Below are positions 54,596 through 60,606 of a stretch of 60,606 bases of DNA, in pieces (position 1 is the stretch's first letter; each line of letters opens with the position of its first letter). The stretch covers positions 1 through 60,606 of the forward strand of contig PDRI01000097.1 in assembly GCA_002748055.1 (NCBI GenBank). Direction: 5' to 3'. This stretch comes from Bacteroidota bacterium. GTDB taxonomy: Bacteria > Bacteroidota > Bacteroidia > Bacteroidales > GCA-2748055. A model generated the notes under the pieces. The model saw nothing but the letters and a program-made list of their open reading frames with translations. It made no database searches and had not been told where the DNA came from. The translations under genes and the position numbers were made by a program.

Positions 54596-55318
54596 TCAGC
54601 TTTTGGCTTTAAAATGCTTTACATAACCCTGAAGACAATCTTTCAGCATATCTTCAAGCCCCTTGGAGGTAATTGTACCACCCGAGATTCCATCCACACC
54701 ATGGGGATCATCCGGATGGGCTCCCCCCTTAACCACACTAAGCGAAACAAACTCGCCATTCTCAAAAACCGTTTTCCCCCTGAAGGGTTCCTGAAACCAG
54801 TCGGCATTAATCTCTGCGCCAAGGCCGGGGGTCTCACCCTTGTGATCGAAAACCGCTCCGCTGATGGTATTCATGTCCTCCTCAAAAGCCACATATCCCC
54901 AGATCGGCCCCCAGAGCCCTTTCCCTCTGACCGGCACAATGTACTTCTGATCGGCCCCGTCGGAATAAACAAATACCGGATAGGCCCTGTCCTTTGGATC
55001 CTTATCCAGCTGCTCCTTGATCCTGAGTGTCACATTAAAAGCATCGGCATCGACCTTTTTACCATCGAAGTCGATCACGTAAGAATCGGTGATATACTTT
55101 GTGAACTCTGCATTGATATAGTCGTTTTTACTCTCCGCCTCATCAACGCCCTCGGCCTGTCCGACCGAACGCAGGATGTCCTGCTTCTTCTCAATCTCCA
55201 TATTCATGTTCTGCCTGGGCTTGAGCTGCATCGAAACAAAGGACAGCAGAACAGCCACGATGGTCACCATCACCAGCGAAAAAACAAAAATGTATCTGTT
55301 GCTAAAACTTTTCATCAC
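54596..55318 (-). CDS. nqrC: Na+-NQR subunit C
   Basis: N-terminal TM helix and the FMN-attachment motif DGISGGTITS. Confidence 0.9.
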   Translation of the reverse strand: MMKSFSNRYIFVFSLVMVTIVAVLLSFVSMQLKPRQNMNMEIEKKQDILRSVGQAEGVDEAESKNDYINAEFTKYITDSYVIDFDGKKVDADAFNVTLRIKEQLDKDPKDRAYPVFVYSDGADQKYIVPVRGKGLWGPIWGYVAFEEDMNTISGAVFDHKGETPGLGAEINADWFQEPFRGKTVFENGEFVSLSVVKGGAHPDDPHGVDGISGGTITSKGLEDMLKDCLQGYVKHFKAKS

Positions 55319-55327
55319 TCTATCTGA

Positions 55328-56509
55328 TTAATTGGCACTCCTATTTGCTCGTTTGAGACGTCTCCTGATGTTCGCTTCCACCACATAATGATCAATCAGC
55401 GGCGCAAAGACATTCATCAGGAGAATAGCCAGCATTACCCCCTCGGGATAGGCCGGATTCAGCACCCGGATCAGGATGGCCAGGAAACCCACAAGGAAGC
55501 CATAGATCCATTTTCCCTTTTCGGTCTGCGCGGCAGACACAGGGTCTGTCGCCATAAACACAGCACCAAAAGCAAAACCTCCCAGAAGCAGGTGCTCCCA
55601 AAAGGGAAGCTCCATATAGGGGTTCACGGCAAACAGGTTCAGAATCAATCCCATCAGGGCTCCTCCTGTAAATGCTGAAACAATAATCTTCCAACTGGCC
55701 ACTCCCGTCACGATCAAAACCAGGGCACCGATGAGGATGGCCAGTGTGGAAGTCTCCCCAATTGAGCCGGGAATCGTCCCAAGGAACATATCCAGCACCG
55801 TGTAGGCCTCTCCGACTCCATTCACAAAACTGCCGGCACCGGCAGCAGCCTGGCCCAGAATGGTAGCACCTGAAAAGCCATCAATAACGCCCGTCCCTTC
55901 ACTCAGGCCACTGATCCATACCAAATCGCCCGACATCTGGCTCGGATAGGCAAAGAACAGAAAAGCCCTGGCCACAAGAGCCGGATTCAGGATATTCATA
56001 CCAGTCCCCCCAAAAACCTCTTTGCCAATCACGACTGCAAAAACCGTTGCAACAGCCACCATCCAGAGCGGCACATCCACGGGCATCACTAGGGGAATCA
56101 GCATACCTGAAACAAGGTAACCCTCAGCAACCTCTTCATCCCTGATCTGGGCAAACACGATCTCTATGCTGAGCCCCACGACATACGTAACAAGAATAAT
56201 GGGCAGAACCTTAATAAATCCATGTCCGAGCATCTGCCAGCAACCAGCCTCCCGGCCAATGGCCTGAAAATGCTGAAAGCCTGTGTTCCACATCCCGAAA
56301 AGCAGGGCCGGAATCATGGCAAAAATGACAATGATCAGGGAACGTTTCATGTCGTTGGCATCCCTGATATGGACCCGTCCTTTTGTCACCGTATCCGGGA
56401 CAAATAAGAAAGTCTCGATAGCTTCAAATCCCGACAAGAACATATGAAGCTTTCCTCCCTTTTCAAAGGATGGCTTGATCTTGTCTACAAATCTTCTTAA
56501 TCCACTCAT
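55328..56509 (-). CDS. nqrB: Na+-NQR subunit B
   Basis: Polytopic protein with the FMN-attachment motif DGFSGATILG. Confidence 0.95.
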   Translation of the reverse strand: MSGLRRFVDKIKPSFEKGGKLHMFLSGFEAIETFLFVPDTVTKGRVHIRDANDMKRSLIIVIFAMIPALLFGMWNTGFQHFQAIGREAGCWQMLGHGFIKVLPIILVTYVVGLSIEIVFAQIRDEEVAEGYLVSGMLIPLVMPVDVPLWMVAVATVFAVVIGKEVFGGTGMNILNPALVARAFLFFAYPSQMSGDLVWISGLSEGTGVIDGFSGATILGQAAAGAGSFVNGVGEAYTVLDMFLGTIPGSIGETSTLAILIGALVLIVTGVASWKIIVSAFTGGALMGLILNLFAVNPYMELPFWEHLLLGGFAFGAVFMATDPVSAAQTEKGKWIYGFLVGFLAILIRVLNPAYPEGVMLAILLMNVFAPLIDHYVVEANIRRRLKRANRSAN

Positions 56510-56527
56510 GCCAGTCAGCTTATTCTT

Positions 56528-57889
56528 TTAGTCCTCCATTTCTTTTCTCAGTGCGTTGAGCCCGTCACGCAGAATTCTGGTCACCGGAGTCTTCGATGTA
56601 CACACAAACTCACAAAGAGCAAGGTCCTCTTCATCAAGCTCATAGATACCTAACTGCTCCATTTTATCAATGTCATTAACCAGAATAGACTTGAGCAGCT
56701 GAACCGGGTAAATATCCATAGGAAGCACCTTCTCGTATTCCCCGGTCATGAGGAAAGCACGCTCCCCGCCATGACAATTTGTATCCATATTGTATTTCTG
56801 TTTGGGCCGTAGCCAGGTCGAAACAAAGGACCTGGAAACTGACATCTTCCGGAAGCCCGGCTTCAGCCATCCAAACATTTCATATTCATTTCCTTCCCGA
56901 ATGGCACATAGCTGTCCATCCAAAAAACCAAGATAGCCGCTTTCGCCATCGACCTGTGTTCCGTTCAGCACACTCCCACTGATAATCCTGGTATTGCCTT
57001 CTTTCAGGCGACCTTCGAGCAGAGCAGCAACAGCCGAACCTCTGATGGTCCTCACATAAGCAGGCTCGCGCATCTGTGCACCGGTAAGTGCTACCACTAT
57101 CGACGGATCGTAACGGCCTGTTTTAAAAAGCCTCCCGATGGTTACTACATCCTGGGGCTGCACGACCCATACCACATCTCCCTTATTCACCGGATCCAGG
57201 GCATGGATCTGTATGCCCACATTTCCTGCAGGATGGGGGCCCTTAAAGGCGTGTAACTCAACACCCTGAATTCCGGCGAGAACACTCTCCGCCGAACTGC
57301 GGCCATCCAGATTCAGATAGACCTTCCCTTCTGTAAGTTTTCTAAGGGCTTTTACCCCCCACTGAAAATCCTCCACACGGTCTTTGAGGACGAATTCCAT
57401 ATCGGGTGCCAGGGGTTGGGTGCTGAAGGCAGAAATAAAAACAGACTTCGCTTGCTGGTCGGGCCGGGCAATGACAGAATAAGGGCGCTGCCTGATGAGC
57501 GGCCAGAGCCCGCTGTTCAGGAGATTTTCAACAATCTGTTCCCTGGAAAGGCCATCCGGATCTCCCTGAAGGAAGACCTCCTGGCTATCCTTCCCGTCAT
57601 CTTCCACAACCACCTCAGTTATCCTTCTGCGCTCGGCCCTGTTTATGCTTAAGAGCTTTCCACTAACCGGTGAGCAAAACTTCAGCCCGGGATTAGACTT
57701 GTCGTAGAAAAGCGGACTGCCCACCCTGACCTTGTCCCCAGGCTTTGGGACAGTCTTAGGGCTTAATCCATGCCAGTCACCGGGTTTTACAGCAAATAAC
57801 TTCGCCCTCGGAATGTCGGTATATGCCTTTCTGGCCTCGCCATTCATTCGAATATCAAGGCCCTTTTTAATCTTAATTACCTCTGCCAT
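56528..57889 (-). CDS. nqrA: Na+-NQR subunit A
   Basis: IKKGLDIRMNGEA start, about 450 aa, soluble, and first gene of the nqr operon. Confidence 0.95.
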   Translation of the reverse strand: MAEVIKIKKGLDIRMNGEARKAYTDIPRAKLFAVKPGDWHGLSPKTVPKPGDKVRVGSPLFYDKSNPGLKFCSPVSGKLLSINRAERRRITEVVVEDDGKDSQEVFLQGDPDGLSREQIVENLLNSGLWPLIRQRPYSVIARPDQQAKSVFISAFSTQPLAPDMEFVLKDRVEDFQWGVKALRKLTEGKVYLNLDGRSSAESVLAGIQGVELHAFKGPHPAGNVGIQIHALDPVNKGDVVWVVQPQDVVTIGRLFKTGRYDPSIVVALTGAQMREPAYVRTIRGSAVAALLEGRLKEGNTRIISGSVLNGTQVDGESGYLGFLDGQLCAIREGNEYEMFGWLKPGFRKMSVSRSFVSTWLRPKQKYNMDTNCHGGERAFLMTGEYEKVLPMDIYPVQLLKSILVNDIDKMEQLGIYELDEEDLALCEFVCTSKTPVTRILRDGLNALRKEMED

Positions 57890-57926
57890 GCTGTGCTTGC
57901 TATCAAAAGAATTTTCTAAAAATAGC

Positions 57927-57934
57927 TAAATTTG
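57927..57934 (+). promoter_or_regulatory. Candidate -7 promoter element (TAAATTTG) for the DUF5103 gene
   Basis: Exact TAnnTTTG match 52 nt upstream of the ATG at 57986. Confidence 0.35.
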
Positions 57935-57985
57935 CGTACCGGCACAATTTTTGATTTCCCCTGCACAAACAGAGATAGTCTTCCT

Positions 57986-59275
57986 ATGAAAATCAGCACC
58001 ATTCCTCTAATCTGCCTTTTTCTGTTGCGGCCCAGTTTTCTCAGCGTTCAGGCTCAGGATCATTACCTTGACGCCGAAGAGCATGCCCGGGAAGGACTCT
58101 GGGACAGCGAAATCGCAACAATCCGTATGTACCGTGAAGGCTGGCCCATGAGCTATCCGATCATGCGGCTTCGGGGCGATGTTCCGCTCATTCTGGAGTT
58201 CGATGATCTCGCTGAAGACAGATCCGGATTCCAATACCGGATTTTCCATTGCAATGCCGACTGGACCCTCTCCGATATCAGTGAGCAGGAATACCTCGAA
58301 GGATATCCTGAAAACAACCTCCCGGGGGGCACCCCCTCCTTTAATACCTACACAAGCTACCTCCACTATGAACTGAGCATCCCTAACGAGGACCTGAAAC
58401 CCCTGATTTCGGGAAACTATCTGTTGATTGTTTACCAGGACTACGATCCCCAAAAGGTGGTCCTGGCACGTCGCTTCATGGTGACCGAGAACAGCGTAAG
58501 CATCGATGCAAAAGCCGGCGTTCCCGTACTCAGCCGCTTTCAGGCCTGTTGCCAGGAAATCGATTTTACCGTCAGGCATCAGGGCCTGCTCTTCAATGAT
58601 CCATACAGCGAATGCCATGCGACCATCCTGCAAAACGGCGTCTGGGACATGGCGGTCGAAGACCTGCCTCCTTACCAGGTAAACCCCGAAGAACTGATCT
58701 ATGATTACCAGGAGGAAAACGTATTCCCGGGGGGGAACGAATTTCGTTTCTTCGACACCAAAAATACCCGCACCCCTACCTACTACGTCCGGCATATCGA
58801 TTACATTGCCCCCTTCTTCCACTTCGAATTAAAAGCCGACCAACTGAAGCCGGCCCATGTATACCTATCGTCCGAAGACATCAACGGACGTTACGCCATC
58901 GAAGCAGAAGGAGGACAGGATCCCGGCCTTGATGCCGATTACGTCTTCGTACATTTTACACTTGAAATGCCCAACCCCCTGGAGGGAGAGGTTTTTCTGG
59001 CCGGGGCACTGACCAACTGGCAGTTTAGCGAACAAAACCGCATGCGCTGGGATGCTTCCCGCAGGGCTTACACCCTGAGCTTATTGCTCAAACAGGGCGT
59101 CTACAATTACCGCTATCTCTTCCTTCCGCAGGCTTCCTCAAAATTTGATGTCGGGGAGATCGAAGGGAGCTTCTTCGAAACCGAAAACGAATACCTCATC
59201 CTCTTTTACCACCGGAGCCCTTCGGACCGCTACGACAAACTCCTGGGTCACCAGATCGTCCATTCAAACAATTAG
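57986..59275 (+). CDS. DUF5103-type secreted protein (sometimes annotated as a T9SS plug-domain protein)
   Basis: Signal peptide MKISTIPLICLFLLRPSFLSVQA. The IRMYREGWPMSYPIMRL and YRIFHCNADWT segments match my recollection of this Bacteroidota family. The track start at 57932 is a TTG lying inside the promoter motif. Confidence 0.5.
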   Translation: MKISTIPLICLFLLRPSFLSVQAQDHYLDAEEHAREGLWDSEIATIRMYREGWPMSYPIMRLRGDVPLILEFDDLAEDRSGFQYRIFHCNADWTLSDISEQEYLEGYPENNLPGGTPSFNTYTSYLHYELSIPNEDLKPLISGNYLLIVYQDYDPQKVVLARRFMVTENSVSIDAKAGVPVLSRFQACCQEIDFTVRHQGLLFNDPYSECHATILQNGVWDMAVEDLPPYQVNPEELIYDYQEENVFPGGNEFRFFDTKNTRTPTYYVRHIDYIAPFFHFELKADQLKPAHVYLSSEDINGRYAIEAEGGQDPGLDADYVFVHFTLEMPNPLEGEVFLAGALTNWQFSEQNRMRWDASRRAYTLSLLLKQGVYNYRYLFLPQASSKFDVGEIEGSFFETENEYLILFYHRSPSDRYDKLLGHQIVHSNN

Positions 59276-59304
59276 CCCGCTTTCAGAGAAGGGCTGCTTT
59301 TTTA
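59274..59304 (+). terminator. Possible intrinsic terminator after the DUF5103 gene
   Basis: AGCCC..TT/AA..GGGCT stem followed by GCTTTTTTA. The T-run lies inside the 3' end of the convergent mce gene. Confidence 0.35.
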
Positions 59305-59705
59305 TCGGTATCAATCAGTTCAAAGTTCAGCCCAAACCGTGCCAACATAAAGGCAATGTTCTCATTGTCAAAAGCTTCTCCCGGCTGGGGCCCAACCAAC
59401 TTAACCGCCCCCCTCTGCTTAAGGTCCTTCATCTCAGCTTCAATCTCATCGCATTTGAAGCAAAGGTGATGAAATCCCCCCCCCACAGCTACAAACTTCT
59501 GTAGTGCCGGATTGTCGGCGCAGGGTTCGATCAACTTAACCAGCAGGCTGTTTTCCTTTGTAAGGAAAACAACCTTAACCTTCTGTCTGCTGTTGGTAAC
59601 AATTTCTGTCATCTGTCGATACGCAAACAAGTTCTCCCAGTTTTGGATACCCTCTTCCAGATTCTTTACTGCAAAACAAATATGATCCACTACCATTTCA
59701 CACAA
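59283..59705 (-). CDS. mce: Methylmalonyl-CoA epimerase (VOC/glyoxalase fold)
   Basis: Motifs VDHICFAVKNLE, KLIEP, GGGFHHLCFKCDEI and the FELID end. Confidence 0.75.
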   Translation of the reverse strand: MCEMVVDHICFAVKNLEEGIQNWENLFAYRQMTEIVTNSRQKVKVVFLTKENSLLVKLIEPCADNPALQKFVAVGGGFHHLCFKCDEIEAEMKDLKQRGAVKLVGPQPGEAFDNENIAFMLARFGLNFELIDTDKKAALL

Positions 59706-59825
59706 CTTTTCGATTACAAAGCAAACTCCTCTATGAACTCCGGGACGGAAGCCAAAGCAAGCTGAAGGTCAGTCTCTCAAATCCCATGATCTGCCAGGGC
59801 CTGTCGCGGGGCTTTTGAAACCACT

Positions 59826-60606
59826 TTATTTTTGTATATGAATGACTTTGGTCTGTACAAGCTGTTTTCCGGAATAGATCCGAAAGACATACATGCCATA
59901 GCTGCGATCGCTAAGCTCAATGACCACCGGTGAAACACCATCGGCAACCTTAAGGTCGGCTATAACAGCCCCTGTCGGACTGCTCACCTGCACCCTGTCT
60001 ATTTTACCGGCCTTGTTTTGTATGAAGAATCTGCCTTCCCCGGGATTGGGATAGACCAGGGGCTTTTCGTCAGCAAATGACGGTCCACTGCTGTTGACCT
60101 CACTTATTATCAAGCTGCAATAATCCCATTCCCCGGAGCCATCCAGGGCCTCCACCATCACATTGACAAGGCCCGGCGCCAGTGCTTTCAACAATCCCCC
60201 GGCATCAAGTGAAGCAATGTCCTTGCCATCCACAATGCTCAGTTCTGTTGAAGGGTTGGTGGCATTCCCGGGCAGGACCTTCACCACCAGTTGTACCGAG
60301 TCGCCAACAGTAATTTCATTGGTGCCGGAAAGCGGATAGACCGATACCGATGTCACTAAAACCGGACGCGCGCTTATCCTGAGCTCCAGCTCACCGCTTA
60401 CCCCGCTGCCATCGTTTGCCCGCGCTATGGCCCTGACCGTTCCCGCGCTGATGGCACTCAGCTCGCCCGTGGCAGTGATGTTGGCACTGCCCGTGCCATT
60501 TTCAACGCTCCAGCTTACCGTGGGGTCGCTGGCATTGACAGGAAGGACCGTAGCCGAGAGCTGGAGGGTTCCCCCCTCTTCAACCGTTGTCACCCCCCCT
60601 GCCGAA
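59826..60606 (-). CDS. Big_2 (Ig-like) repeat surface protein with T9SS C-terminal sorting domain; N-terminus beyond window
   Basis: Repeated LQLSATVLPVNASDPTVSWSVENG and VQLVVKVLPGNATNPS Big_2 motifs. The C-terminus is LVYPNPGEGRFFIQ...YVFRIYSGKQLVQTKVIHIQK. The frame is open to the window edge. Confidence 0.8.
   Translation of the reverse strand, partial: SAGGVTTVEEGGTLQLSATVLPVNASDPTVSWSVENGTGSANITATGELSAISAGTVRAIARANDGSGVSGELELRISARPVLVTSVSVYPLSGTNEITVGDSVQLVVKVLPGNATNPSTELSIVDGKDIASLDAGGLLKALAPGLVNVMVEALDGSGEWDYCSLIISEVNSSGPSFADEKPLVYPNPGEGRFFIQNKAGKIDRVQVSSPTGAVIADLKVADGVSPVVIELSDRSYGMYVFRIYSGKQLVQTKVIHIQK

Noticed and set aside
59476-59484. C9 tract (G9 on the coding strand, encoding GGG in VAVGGGFHH) inside the methylmalonyl-CoA epimerase gene.
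   Set aside because: - A phase-variable switch in a central-metabolism gene is implausible.
- I record it mainly as a control that weakens the phase-variation reading of the wzc tract.
1-60606. Search by eye for CRISPR arrays, tRNA/rRNA genes, IS elements, integrases, prophage genes or toxin-antitoxin pairs.
   Set aside because: - No regularly spaced direct repeats were seen.
- No intergenic region is large enough for these features except 49194-49536, which lacks tRNA or repeat features.
- No ORF carries transposase, integrase or phage motifs.

Overview
This is a Bacteroidota-type chromosomal window. Supporting signs are a T9SS C-terminal sorting domain, TAnnTTTG -7 promoter motifs, Na+-NQR and a DUF5103 protein. 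Coding density is high and I saw no rRNA, tRNA, CRISPR array, transposase or integrase.

Left part (1-29 kb):
- Housekeeping and envelope genes: two CapA-family genes, a Nif3/zinc-ribbon pair, MerR, three tandem M23 peptidases, alaS, an SSF symporter, recR and lysA.
- A plus-strand envelope block: a GT2 fused to a phosphoglycosyl-transferase (PGT)-like C-terminus that has lost its catalytic core, followed by three tandem TPR + PD40 paralogues. One paralogue ends in an OmpA-like domain. Another ends in five helical repeats and a C-terminal membrane anchor.
- Further genes: GNAT, a stand-alone HsdR_N nuclease-fold protein, short AMP nucleosidase, holA, rhomboid, gmhB-like phosphatase, yqgE, nhaC and a small one-helix Cys/His-rich ORF.

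Centre (29-51 kb): a single-strand Wzx/Wzy-type polysaccharide locus of about 22 kb.
- Core machinery: Wza, Wzc, an EpsG/Wzy-like protein, Wzx, three GT4 glycosyltransferases, a PglC-type initiating transferase, and a CapD/PglF-like plus DegT pair.
- Unusual tailoring set: three intact ATP-grasp ligases, one ATP-grasp gene remnant, two deacetylase-like paralogues and a beta-helix lipoprotein.

Right part (51-60.6 kb): apbE-nqrFEDCBA, DUF5103, methylmalonyl-CoA epimerase and a partial T9SS cargo gene.

Best candidates for something new:
- the repeated deacetylase-like + ATP-grasp tailoring modules in the glycan locus;
- the TPR/PD40/OmpA trio, which together carries the Tol-Pal periplasmic domain set;
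- the GT2-pseudo-PGT fusion;
- a small NqrM-like (one helix plus four Cys) ORF next to nhaC.

All family assignments come from motif reading by eye. No searches were run.
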